From Chiloscyllium plagiosum (lineage: Eukaryota), in assembly GCF_004010195.1 (NCBI RefSeq), contig NC_057711.1:75600638-75652382 (forward strand): 51,745 bases of DNA, given 5' to 3'. Below are positions 25,670 through 37,663 of this stretch, piece by piece. The notes beneath the pieces are model-generated. The model saw nothing but the letters and a program-made list of their open reading frames with translations. It searched no databases and had not been told where the DNA came from. A program made the translations under genes and the position numbers. How positions within the stretch are numbered: position 1 is the stretch's first letter; each line of letters starts with the position of its first letter.

Positions 25670-26710
25670 AGAAATAGAAACAGGAGTATGCCATTCAGAT
25701 TCTCAAGCCTGCTCTGCCATTCAGTAGGGTCATGGTTCCTGAAGAAGGGCTAATGCCCGAAACGTCGATTCTCCTGTTCCCTGGATGCTGCCGGACCTGC
25801 TGCGCTTTTCCAGCAACACATTTCCATCTCAGGGTCATGGTTGGGCCAACATTCTTCACAGTCACTTTCTGACGTTTCACTCATAACCCCTAATTCCTTT
25901 ACTGAACAAGAATCTATCTATCCCAGCCTTAAACAGACCCAAGGACTCTGTCCCCACAGCTTTCTGTGGCACGGAGTTCCAAACACACACAGCCCTCTGA
26001 AAGAAGAAATTCATTCTCATCTCAGATTTATATTCTGAGACTATGCCTTAGACTATATCCTAGACTGTCCCATGAGTGGAAACATCCTCTCAGCATTTAC
26101 CTTGTCAAGCCCTTAAGAATCCTTTATGTTTCAATTCTTCTAAACTCCAGTGAGAACCCTCCCAGCCTGTTTAGCCTTTGCTCATAAGACAATCCTTCCA
26201 TACTAGGGATCATCCTAATCAATCTTCTTTGAACTGCCTCCAATTAAATGATATCTTTCCTTAAATAAGAGAACCAAAATTGCTCACAAAACTCCAGATG
26301 TGGTCTCACCTGTACCTCATACAGTCTACTCTTATATTCCAACCCCTTTGAAATAAGGGCCTAAAATTCCATTAACCATCCTGATTACCCTCTGCATCTA
26401 TGTTTCATGCACAAATACCACCCAAGTTCCTTGTGCTACAGCTTTCTGCAATTTTCTCAATCTAAATAATATTCTGCTCTCTGTTCTCCATTCCAAAATG
26501 AAAAACATCATGTTTTACCACATTATAGTCCATTTGCCAACTTATCTCCCAACTATCAATATCTCTCTGTAAACTGTTTGTATCCCTCCCTCAACTTGCC
26601 TATCCACCTATTTTGGTATCATCTGCAACTTTGGCCACAGTACATTCACATCCTTCCTCCAAGTCATTAAATACATTTTGAAAACAGTTGTAGCCACAGC
26701 ACTGATCCAT
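25670..26710 (-). mobile_element. Decayed 5'-truncated CR1 3' region
   Basis: Reverse-complement RT C-terminal and 3'UTR sequence (gaaatagaaacaggagta tail, atcatctgcaacttt = FADD region). Confidence 0.72.
25738..25830 (+). mobile_element. Single-arm PLE-derived retroposon, family A, with intact hammerhead core; nested in a CR1 tail
   Basis: ctgaagaagggctaatgcccgaaacgtc...; TSD agggtcatggtt at 25726-37 and 25831-42. Confidence 0.82.
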
Positions 26711-27057
26711 GGTCTCCTCAAGTATGCCAATCGAGGTATTTATGACTGAGTTTACAGAATCTCAGTCAAGTTCATAGTGGCCACAGGCTCCAAGCACAAA
26801 ACTTTCCTATTACAGTGTCATGGAACTGGAAAAATGATTGATGTAAGCATGGAAGTATCACAATTGTCCATTAGAGGGTGCTATCCTAAGGTTGAAGTCA
26901 AGATAAACCTTTGCCCAGAATAGAACAAGTATTAATCTGACATCAACTACACTACCCCTGCCTTTAAAGTGCTTCCTGCTGACAGTAGTGTTGCAACACA
27001 TAGTAAGCATAAAATTTACCAGAAATACAATAAATCAGGAAACTGCTGCAAATTTAC

Positions 27058-27190
27058 CGTTCAGTTGTTACTCGAATTCTTTCATTGTCACTTGAATGAA
27101 GATTTTCATTCTTCTCGTGAAAGTATTTCTCCACACAAAGCTCTTCAAAGTCATGAAGCTTTTTCAATTCCTCCTTACTTAAATACAATT
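27058..27190 (-). CDS. TRPM6: TRPM6 coding exon, connecting helix ([45 protein letters not shown])
   Basis: Read manually; [17 protein letters not shown] motif; gtgtag| and |gtaaat; 133 nt, phase 1->2. Confidence 0.95.
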
Positions 27191-27622
27191 CTACACAAGA
27201 CAAAATGCAATATTTCAAATATTATGAAATTTGATAAATATTCAGCAATTTTTTTTAAGAAAAATGCTTGGGCTTCCTTTGTTTCATACTCTTGCAATGC
27301 CAGGCCCCTTATGGAACTACTGTTAATGAGCAGACAAGTGCCACACTTCCGGGTGTCATGCATACTGCGGTGAATGTTCCTGGCAGATGCCCATCCCTTT
27401 GGGCAACAAGTGGCTTTTGCTCAATTTTTGTTTGAGGGTGAACAAAAATTTGCTGTGTGCCAAATGTGTATCATATTCCCCACAATGTTCCTTTCCATTT
27501 TAATCACAAGAGCTGAACCTGCCAATTTTCACCTCATTCCCTAAATGCTTCAGACAGGAGCTTTAGTATTAATATCTTTACTATAAATTCTGTGTCCTAT
27601 GATCTTGCCTTACTAGCTACAT

Positions 27623-27742
27623 GGCGAAGGAGCAGTGCTCCAAAAGCTTGTATGTCTTCATAACCTGTTGGTCTATAACCTGATTTTGTGTGATTTTTAA
27701 CTTTGTCCACCCCATTCCAACACCGGGACCTCTACATCATGG
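27623..27742 (+). mobile_element. Single-arm family B PLE-derived fragment
   Basis: gaaggagcagtgctcc...cctgttgg.ctataacctg...gtgtgatttttaactttgt.caccccattccaacacc. Confidence 0.65.
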
Positions 27743-28773
27743 CTTTAATATTAACCTCAGCACCCATATAAGTTACACAGTAAATGCTGTATCTTACTTT
27801 CATAATAGATCAAGAATATGGTCTGAATTGACTTCAATGGAAAAATACACATCATCAAATGTAATGTGTTTTCCATCTGTTGGAATTAAAGACTCTGTGT
27901 TGCTTTACATGCGCAATCATACAATTCCAGTAATCAAATAAGATTCCACTTGCTTTTCAGGACAGTTTTTTTTACAACTGAGAGTTCCCTTCAATATCCA
28001 TTAGAGGGCACCAAACTAATACCATTGACAGCAGCATTGAGAACATCATTTAGAATTGAATTCATTGAGGAAAGAAAAAATGTTTGCAATCCACTTTTGC
28101 AGTACCTATGTTTGCAATCTGATAGATTGGGGCTTTAAACTAGAATACACTGGGTAAGGTTAATGGTTAGAGTTCTGAAGAAGGGCTACCGGAACTGAAA
28201 CAAACAAAACTTTTTAAAAATCTGATGCCTAAGAATGGAGCAGAAATTGTCAGAATAATTTTTACTTTGGGCATTAACAGCATCTGATGCAGTACACCTA
28301 ATTCTCCTTTCCAATATTCAAAGGCAGGCAGATACTGATGATTCCAGCTTGATAGGACTCTTAATATGCTGTTTCATACTAATTTATATTACTGATTCTT
28401 CTGGAAAAGGTCAGCAGATCTGGAAGCATCTGTGAAGAGCTGAGCTTTTCCATCAACTTCTGATTTTGTTTCTGATTTACAGCATCTGCAGTTCTTTCAG
28501 TTTTTACTGATTCTTCTTCCTGGTTAAACTCATCTACAAGTCACAGTGCCAACATTAAAGCAGAATATCGCCAGGTATAACTTCCATAATGATCCCGACC
28601 GTTGTTCCTAATCTTTTACTTGCAGTGCACCATGAATGTCCTAGTTACTAATGTGTGAACAGAAAACTTCATTTGATCTGATCTACCAGTAAAAATAACT
28701 GGTATTATATGTCCATCAGAATGAGAGGCATTCTCACAATTCTCTTTATAAAACTCTGGATAGAAACAGACAT

Positions 28774-29006
28774 AGCTGGAAATGTGTTGCTGGAAAAGCG
28801 CAGCAGGTCAGGCAGCATCCAGGGAACAGGAGAATCGACGTTTCGGGCATAAGCCCTTCTTCAGGAATGAGCCTCATTCCTGAAGAAGGGCTTATGCCCG
28901 AAACGTCGATTCTCCTGTTCCCTGGATGCTGCCTGACCTGCTGCGCTTTTCCAGCAACACATTTCCAGCTCTGATCTCCAGCATCTGCAGCCCTCACTTT
29001 CTCCTC
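28774..29006 (+). mobile_element. Palindromic PLE-derived retroposon, family A (perfect 98-bp inverted repeat + 36-nt tail)
   Basis: Arms 28774-28871 and 28873-28970 are exact reverse complements; TSD atagaaacagacata at 28760-74 and 29007-21. Confidence 0.9.
28877..28910 (+). ncRNA. Minimal type I hammerhead ribozyme motif (mirror copy on the - strand of the left arm)
   Basis: CUGAAGA (28880-86), extra A, stem II GGGC-uuau-GCCC, GAAA (28900-03), C, GUC triplet (28905-07); stem I weak. Confidence 0.65.
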
Positions 29007-29145
29007 ATAGAAACAGACATAACCTTGTTAAAACAAAATTATCATAACATAATGAAAAATGAGGTTATCCCTACAATGTTTCTACCTACACACACACCTT
29101 TGGTTATTGTAATATTGGCAATAGAACATAAATTTAATTATTTAC

Positions 29146-29345
29146 TTAAACCAACATCCTCTTCTTCTTGATCCACCTCATTTTTGGCTCGACGTTGGTA
29201 AATTCGATTCAGTAGCTGAGCTACATGACTGATGATAATAATTGGAGGTGGCAGCCATGGCTTTTCATGATAGGTCATAATATAACGGTAGCGATTGTAT
29301 TTCCAAAGTTTGTTAGACATGGATTTCATTTCATAGTACACATTG
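29146..29345 (-). CDS. TRPM6: TRPM6 coding exon, TRP domain ([34 protein letters not shown]...EDVGL)
   Basis: [21 protein letters not shown] is the TRPM6-type TRP box; ctatag| and |gtaaat; 200 nt, phase 2->1. Confidence 0.96.
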
Positions 29346-30243
29346 CTATAGAGAACAAAAATAACTGGTTAAAGCAGTGAAAAATAAACCATAATGTTGC
29401 ATCCATTGTGAATGTATATCCTGAGCATAGATACAGAATAAATTATAATCAAACTTTTAAAAAACTCAATTAAAGTCTCTCTAGTTATAATAGCTCCTCC
29501 TTTTAAAATTGCAATTCTGTGGATGTTTTTTCTCTATCAAACCTGCAGAACGTTTCCTTTTAATACTCTGGTCAGGTTTTTTCCTACTAGCAGAATTGTA
29601 GATGAATACAGAAAGACTTGTGAAAGCAAGGAAAGGTAGCAAAGAGGGTTTAGGAAATAGACCAGCAACTAACAAAGGGGATCTCAAAGTCTTTTATATA
29701 TATTTACAACAGTAAAAGAAAGTTGCAAAAAGAGGAGCAGGGCTGATTAGGAACCAAAAAACCGGATTTACAGCTAAAGACAGGGACATGGCTAATATGT
29801 TAAATGAACACTTTGCTGTTGTTACAAAGGAAGGAGATGGTTCCCAGGCCATTATGACAAAGGATGAAACTGAAAGGCTTTAGAATTGATATGGAGGAGG
29901 CCATCAGATATGCTGTTGGTACTTAAATTCTATAAAGGCACTGGAACCAGATAAGATGTGTCCAAGGATATTGAACATTATGAATTCAAAAATTACAGAG
30001 GCACTGACAATAATCTTTCAAACTTTGCTAAATTCAGGGGAGATGCAAGAGGACTGGAAAATTGTAAATGGAACACCCTATTTCAAAACAGATTATAAGC
30101 ATAAGCCCAACAAGTATAGATCATCACAGTTATGAGGAACTTCTTCAAACAATTATTTTTGATAGAATTAATAGTTACATGAAAAAATGTGAGATCGAAG
30201 GAAGAGCGAATATGGATTTCTAAAGGAGAATATTATGTTTAAC

Positions 30244-30557
30244 CATTTCGACTGGGACAACACATCTGTCCTGGGACAGGCTAAGCAAAGACCAGAGAAT
30301 TCCTAGAGGCCTGGCACTCCAACCACAATGCCATAAACAAACACATAGATCGAGGTACCATCTATCAACCCCTCAGAAAACGAACAGGAAATGACATCAC
30401 CACAAATCCCAGGAACCCCACCCAGGACAAACATATAAATAGAAAGCAGGAGACAACAGCTTCGCTTCACTTGGAGGTCGCCACTGATGATGTTACCTAG
30501 CCAGGTAATGAAACGTCTGGATATCAAACCTACAGCTCAGCAAGCAAAGCTACACCC
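30244..30557 (+). mobile_element. 5'-truncated Penelope-like element: GIY-YIG endonuclease C-terminus + 3' region with hammerhead
   Basis: Translates HFDWDNTSVLGQAKQR/EFLEAWHSNHNAINKHID (PLE-type C-terminus, one frameshift); TSD tatgtttaac at 30234-43 and 30558-67. Confidence 0.8.
30481..30520 (+). ncRNA. Minimal type I hammerhead ribozyme motif
   Basis: Stem I CCA/UGG; CUGAUGA; extra U; stem II GUUACCU-agcc-AGGUAAU; GAAA; C-GUC with predicted cleavage after 30517. Confidence 0.72.
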
Positions 30558-31196
30558 TATGTTTAACTAACTTGCTGGAGTATTTTGTACAGATAACAGA
30601 ATGTTGATGAAAATAACCATGTTTAAATATTGTATATGGACTCAAAAAGGCACTTATCTGTTGCACAACAGATTTGTGAGACAAATTATTGCTCATGGAA
30701 TAAATGGGACAGATGCAATATGGATATTAATTGGCTGAGGGATAGGAAACACAAAATAATAGTTTATGGATATTTTTCAGGCTGAAGGAAGATTTGTAGT
30801 AGAGTTTCCTTTGGGTTGGCTTGGGACCCTTGCTTTTCCGGATATAATTATCTAAAATATTGAAGAACAAGGGACAATTTCCAAGTGATATAAAGCTTGG
30901 CTAGCTTCGAAAGCCAGATTTTTACTGAATACAAATTCCACCATCCTCCATGGTGAGATTTGAACACATACTTCCAAAACAATTGGCTGGAGCTCTGGTT
31001 ACTAACCCAGTAACATCACCACCATGCCATTGCTGTCCTGTCACAGGTTGTGATCCTGAATATTACTTTACAAACTCATAATTATCTCAATGATTCAAAA
31101 CTTTTTCAGAGCTACATGAGATGCAGTTCTATAATTTGATAAACTTTGCAGTTTAAAGGACAGATAGTTTAACCTTCTTTTATAACTGGTTCTTAC

Positions 31197-31311
31197 TTGA
31201 ACAAAGCGATGAGTAGATTGACCAGTATAATATATTGTGCAAAAAGATAAACTGCCTGAAGAAACGGGTTAAGAAATGAGCCTGGTGGACAATCGGCATC
31301 TTCTTCACAAG
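31197..31311 (-). CDS. TRPM6: TRPM6 coding exon, outer pore loop and S6 ([39 protein letters not shown])
   Basis: Not in the ORF track (too short); read manually. Two pore-loop Cys and VNLLIA.FN; ttgcag| and |gtaaga; 115 nt, phase 1->2. Confidence 0.95.
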
Positions 31312-32322
31312 CTGCAATTATAGAAGAAAAATAGATTAAAATGATTAATAAATGATGTACGCTTGTCTAACAATTATAGTGTAAATTCTCCACTGCTGGT
31401 TTGACATTCAGAACTGGTCCCTCTATATCTGTCACATTTCAGAAAAATCAGTTGAATAGGAAGCTTATCATTCAACTCATGCTACAGATTCAAGTTGCAC
31501 TCCAGGGTAAACTGTATCTAATCAAAATGCTTTGATAGATTCTACCATATCTCTATTACTACATGTCCCTGTCCCAATAAAGCACAATCCCCATTACATA
31601 TTGAATGGTCTGCAGTGTAGAAGCAGATGTCTTTATTTTGGAAGTAAGATGTTCAAGGATCACTTATCTGGAACTAATGTACTTAGAAGACTCAATCCAA
31701 GGAAGTATCTTACTTAAGAATTTCAAGTGAAATATTTGAACATACCCAAGGTCTGCTACTCTCAGTTTCACATAGTTTTTGCTGATATAGTAGCAGTCAA
31801 TCTCTTGTAATGATTTCCAGGATCATAGCTGGCACTTAGTGTAATGTTTTCTTTGCAATATGAAACAATAAAATTAAGGATTAAAGTGTTTGGTGATATT
31901 TCTGATGGTATTTCAAACGTATTTTAAAGGGTATCCGCCTCTTTCATCAAATAACTCTTATTGCTTCACAATCCTGTCCTGTCTCTGACGCACACGGGTC
32001 AAGATTGTATCCTTCTCAGTACTTCCATTGCTGAATCTTTTTTTTTTCAGATTCATATGAAACATATCTATATCTCACTTGGATCAATGGCAACATCTCA
32101 GTCAGTTCAATCTATATGTTCTTGTTATATAAGAGGACCACAGAGATATGGAGTTTAGATGCAGATTGTGGGGGTAAGCTCAAGGACAGGTTTCTATCCC
32201 AGAGACAGTTAAGGCCACAGAAAGGTCACTTAACAGTTTGATCCCAAAACCATCATCAGTGGGGGAGGGGGGGTGGGAAGCGCACCTAAACCACGTGGGC
32301 CTGCAACTGAACAGTATCCCTG

Positions 32323-33482
32323 GAACATAGAACATTACAGCACAGTACAGGCCCTTCAGCCCTCAATGTTGCGCCGACTTGTGGAACCAATCTGAAGCCT
32401 GTCTATACTACGCTATTTCATTCTCGTCCATATGCCTATCCAATAACCATTTAAATGCCCTTAAAGTTGGTGAGTCTATTACTGTTGCAGGCAATGCGTT
32501 CCACACCCTTACTACTCTCTGAGTAAAGAAACCACCTCTGACATCTGTCCTATATCTATCACCCCTCAATTTAAAGCTATGTCCCCTCATGTTAGCCATT
32601 ACCATCCGAGGAAAAATGCTCTCACCTTCCACTCTATCTGACCCGCTAATGATCTTATATGTCTTGATTAAGTCACCTCTCAACCTTCTTCTCTCTAACA
32701 AAAACAGCCTCAAGTCCCTCAGCCTTTCCTCATAAGACCTTCCCTCCATACCAGGCAACATCCTAGTAAAAAATCTCCTCTGAACCCTTTCCAAAGCTTC
32801 CACATCCTTCCTATAATGTGATGACCAGAACTGGATGCAATACTCCAAATGCAGCCACACCAGAGTTTTATAGAGCTGTAGCATGACCTGTAGCATGAAA
32901 CTCAATTCCTCTACCAATAAAATCTAACACACCGTATGCCTTCTTAACAACCCTATCGACCTGGATGGCAACTTTCAGGGATCTATGTACCTAGACACCA
33001 AGCTCTCTCTGCTCATCTACACTACCAAGAATCTTACCATTAGCCCACTACTCTTTATTCCTGTTGCTCCTTCCAAAGTGAATCACCTCACACTTTTCCA
33101 CATTAAACTCCATTTACCACCTTTCAGCCCAGCTCTGCAGCTTATCTATGTCCCTCTGTAACCTACAACATCCTTCAGCATTATCCACAACCCCACCGAC
33201 CTCAGTGTCATCCTCAAATTTGCTAACCTATCCTTCTCTGCCCTCATCTAGGTCATTTATAAAAATGACCAACTGCAGTGGCCCCAAAACAGATCCTTGT
33301 GGTACCCCACTAGTAACTGAACTCCAAGATGAACATTTCCCATCAACCGCCACCCTCTGTCTTCTTTCACCTAGCCAATTTCTGATCCAAACCACTAAAT
33401 CACCCTCAATCCCATGCTTCTGTATTTTGTGCAATAGCCTATTGTGGGGAAACTATCAAACACTTTACTGAAATCCATATAT
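32323..33482 (-). mobile_element. 5'-truncated CR1 LINE (RT C-half and 3' tail)
   Basis: [37 protein letters not shown]; tail gaacatagaacattacagcacag (revcomp). Confidence 0.9.
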
Positions 33483-35341
33483 GCCAGCATATTATCTTAC
33501 ACAGGCACCCACCAGTGGGAACAGAGTGATTAGGTGTAGGGCCTCTCTTTTTCTTTAAATCAACCTTTCTCCCCTTACCCGATCTTACTCTAGCAAACCT
33601 CTTGTCCTACTCACCATTCCCTGGGGATCGAGTGATATTTGATGGTTTGGTCCAAACTGCAATACTGGAGCTGGTCAGCACCACTGCTGGTGCTGGAAGC
33701 TACCAGCATCTGACAGTGTGGGAGCTCTCGGAGGTGTGATAATGTACCAGGATTTCCAAGGTATTGTCAGGGAGGACCAAGAATGCCTGATGCTGACCAG
33801 TAGGTGCCCATTTAAATCTCATTGGGCCTCCGAGTAGCTACAGCTAAGTCGCTGCCAGATTCCTGGCTGGCGCACAGGCTTTCCATTGTAAGCATTAAAT
33901 TCCACCTTATATTTTGTGTTGTACAAAGAATATGTGCAGAAATTGGCAGAGAACTAGCACCAGCATTAAGCTGCTAAATGATATGACAAATGAGTTGGTG
34001 CTTACTGTGACCATCTGGAGTTCTTAAGTATACCAATGTGCATTTCAGTGGGACAGACTCTAATTATTGGTCAGAAAGTGAGCCTGCTAAAATCAGGATC
34101 CATGATGAGGAAGATGACTCATTTGCATGACATCAGCATGCTTTTGACATCAGATAGGTGTTCTGTGGGAGCTCTCTGGCTCCAAACTGGTGCTGAGAGA
34201 CCGGTTTAATGAATAGAAACTCAAATCCAGGAAGAGTGGAGGCCTGAAGCAGTGACACATATTGTTCCTGTAGAACTGGAGGGCAATGCTGCTGATACTC
34301 AAGCCTCACAAAGGTAATTTTCATCCCATGCTTTTCTGCCCTGTGTACCACATCCCACACTAAGACTGGGTAGAACACATGCAATGATAGAATGGAATGA
34401 GACAGAGAGGGGCAATTGGTTGTGCCATTTATCAAAAACAATACGGCATATCAGCCAGACTCTTATGTAAGCAGATTACACTAGACTGGGAAAGGTGCTC
34501 CAGCCATCCAGTTGAAGACCCCTTTCAAATTTGCAATCATCAGTGCCCACATAAACAAGGAAATAAAGTCCAAATTAAAATCTAACCCAAAGACTCATAT
34601 CATGCTAACATGTAAACCATAAATGTTTACAGCACATAAGGAGATGATTTAGTTCAATGATGCCGTCTAATCTTGACTAGAACAATATTAAGTTATTCCT
34701 ACAGAACTGTTCCTTCCTCATAACTGTGTACTCCCCTCTGCTTCAAATATTTAATTCAATTTCCTCTCAAAGATGCAATGGCTTCTTCTTCAATCACTCT
34801 CTACGGCAAGGCACTTTACCTCACATCAAACCTTAGAATAAAGGAAGTTCTCTGAACTTTTCTTCTCATTATTATTGACCATTTTCAATGTTTAATCAAA
34901 AATACAATAACCTGCACAAAATAAAATGAAAAAGCTGCTTGCATTTGTCATTTGCACCCTTTGCTGGTACAGTTGCAATCCTCTGCAAACACTTTGATCG
35001 AGGAATATTTTCCTCACCTATTCCTTTCTATCTGATGACATCCTATATTATAAATCTTGCTCCTTTCACCTGGTTTCCTATCAAGAGGAAACATTTGTAT
35101 TATTCATAGTTCCCTTCATTCGGAATGGTGATATGCAGCTTTGTTGACACAAGTCAAAACACAATCTCCACATGACTGGCAGCGGAGAATTACAAAGTAT
35201 TCTTATTAAAATGCGGCATTAAGTTATCCATTACTTTTTTTTTGCTAAAACAATATCCTAATCCAGGATACAACCCATTTACAGATTTAAGTTTACAGAC
35301 ATTAAATACTGCATGTATAGATGTAAATATTGAATACATAC

Positions 35342-35516
35342 GATCAATTTCACCAGCATAGACTTCACCAAATATCATCCAGTAAGGCTGGAAAACTATA
35401 TCACGAGCAAGACGCCAGGATGGTTGTTCTGCTGGAGAAAGTATTGCCTTTCTTGATACTCCAAAGCTCAAAAGAACAATTGCCATCAAAATCACTATAT
35501 AGAACATGTTTGTTGT
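35342..35516 (-). CDS. TRPM6: TRPM6 coding exon, S5 and pore helix/selectivity filter ([28 protein letters not shown]...[16 protein letters not shown])
   Basis: GEVYAGEID filter is TRPM6-type (TRPM7 recalled as GEVYAYEID); ttttag| and |gtatgt; 175 nt, phase 0->1. Confidence 0.96.
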
Positions 35517-35869
35517 CTAAAACAGAAGAAAATAGATTTATTTTGTCACAGGACTAAGTGTATACAGATGACTTTGCATATCATGACTTGAACTGTCTTG
35601 AGCTTATTACAAACACAAAGCTAACAAGGGGTTCAATTCATTTCTAATCCTCTGTTATTCAGCTTGATAAATGCAAGAATTATCATTTGCATTCAAAGAA
35701 ATACTTTCACAGTTTTAGAAGGAGCTAGTTAACTATTCATGAACCAGTTTCCAAATTAGGATCCATGGTGATTCGATTTCACAATTTCTCCAGAATCCTC
35801 TATTTGATTTTATATCAGAACTTGCAGATTATAGATATCAGGATCTTCTAGTGGTCTTCCACTAGAAGA

Positions 35870-36226
35870 GGGTGGCATGGAGGCTCAGTGGTTAGCACTG
35901 CTGCCTCACAATGCCAGGGACCAAAGTTAGATTCCAGCCTCGGGCGACTGTCTGTGTGGAGTTTGCACATTGTCCCTGTTTCTGCATGGGTTTTGTCTGG
36001 GTGCTCTGGTGTCCTTCCACAATCCAAAGATGTACAGGTTAGGTGAATTGGTCATGCTAAATTGCCGATAGTGTTCAGGGATGTGTAGATAAGGGGCATT
36101 GGTCAGTGGTAAATATAGGATGATAGGGTAGGGGAATGCGTCTGGGTGGATTGCTCTTCAGAGGACTGGTGTGGACATGTTGGGCTGAAGGGCCTGTTTC
36201 CACACTGTAGGGATTCTAAATCTAAT
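35870..36226 (+). mobile_element. HE1-like SINE
   Basis: ggctcagtggttagcactgctgcc head, central domain, tail tgtagggattctaaatctaa. Confidence 0.88.
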
Positions 36227-36343
36227 TCATTACCAATGTGTTGCCTTACTAGGGGAAAATGGACTTGCAACAATTTTCTAACCTCTGTTTGCTGCAAAGA
36301 ATGGCACTTCACAAAACTTTGAGACATACCAAGGTTATGAAAG

Positions 36344-36541
36344 TTAAAAATTACACAAAACAAGGTTATAGTCCAACAGCTTTATTTGGAAGCACTAGCT
36401 TTCGGTGGACAGTTCTTTCATCAAGTGGTTGGCACTGCTCCGAAAGCTAGTGCTTCCAAATAAAGCTTTTGGAAGGTAACCTGGTGTTGTGTGATTTTTA
36501 TCTTTGTCGACCCCAGTCCAACACCGACGCCTCCAAGTCAG
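36344..36541 (+). mobile_element. Palindromic Penelope-derived retroposon, family B
   Basis: Same arms as 20025-20229 with the tail on the right; TSD ggttatgaaag at 36333-43 and 36542-52. Confidence 0.75.
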
Positions 36542-36949
36542 GGTTATGAAAGGTATTATATAATTGCATAATATAAAACAAAGAACGGTGGATGATGAAG
36601 ATCTGAAACAAAAGCTATACATTGCTGCAGAAACTCATCAGGTCTCGCAGCATCTAATGAGAGAACATCCAATGGTCCAGAAGGATTATGACAGCTTTAC
36701 CTTTAGCTTCAAATAATATAGGATGGCTGACATTGAATTAACAGCTGCTTTTACATCTCCACCCTATTAATTTCCATTCATTTCAATAGACTGAAAGGAG
36801 GACAGGGTGTGTAATGAGTTGCCAAGTTTTCATTATTGCACACAATCATAATCTACTCTCTCAAAGGCAAAACCAGTTGAAATATTCATTTGTGGACAAG
36901 TTAGATTGCACCAGAGCAGACAAATGGAAAGAAAGTTTGCAATTATATA

Positions 36950-37095
36950 ATACAAAAACAGAAATTACTGGAGAAACTCAGGAGGTCTTGCAGTATCTGT
37001 GGAGAGAAAGCAGAGTTAATGTTTCAAGTTCAGTGACTCCTCTGATGAAGATGCTGCTATGTCTCCTGAGTTTCTCTGGCAATTTCCGTTTTTGT
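36950..37095. repeat. Older palindromic PLE-type repeat, family C (other remnants ~6955-7008/9797-9970, 11090-11225, 24670-24800, 28170-28205, 28400-28510, 36590-36670, 43660-43780/44040-44130, 45700-45800)
   Basis: aaaacagaaatt.ctggagaaactcagga...gcagtatctgtggagagaaagcagagttaa mirrored by ctcctgagtttctctggcaatttccgttttt. Confidence 0.6.
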
Positions 37096-37663
37096 ATTGT
37101 ATAATTGCAAACACTCCATTGCATGCTCTGGTTCACACAATCTAAGTTTTTTACAAATGAAGATTTCCATCCATTTTACCAGCAAAAGACTAAATTTTGA
37201 CTTTGTGAAAACATGTAAAATGTGTGCCAGCAAATTGGCATCTCATTTTACAGATTTCCCTTTTTCATTCTGTTGAAACACATGGAAATAAGCATGATTG
37301 GGGTGTAAGAGCAGCTGTTAATTCAATGTCAACCATTATATATCATTAAAAGGTGCAGTTGCCAGAGGAGTGGATCATAGGAATGCTCTCTGATTAGAGA
37401 AATACAACTTTGGTGGCTTTGTTGTAATACTGTACAATGTGAAATCCCATTAAATTGTGATTTGTTCAGATTTCTGCTTAACACCATAACAAATTAACGA
37501 ACATGAAAAAAATTTGATAAATTTATACTTGAACTTTAATATGCCCATGAAATTAATCATTAGAAATAGGTCTAAATTTAATGATACATAAAATAACAGC
37601 TTAAATCGAGAAAACAGCAGATTTTTGTAGGAAAGAATACAGCGAATATTTTAAAATACTTGC

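Larger units (their letters stand above)
29600..30900 (+). mobile_element. Old decayed CR1 ORF2 fragment interrupted by a Penelope piece
   Basis: GEMQEDWKIVN.TPYFK, YGFLK..|CLTNLLE, VYMD, AHGI.G remnants. Confidence 0.7.

Noticed and set aside
28746..29171. Recurrent small ORFs (KCVAGKAQQVRQ.../LMPETSILLF...), also at 25695 and 46296
   Set aside because: Translations of the non-coding palindromic repeat.
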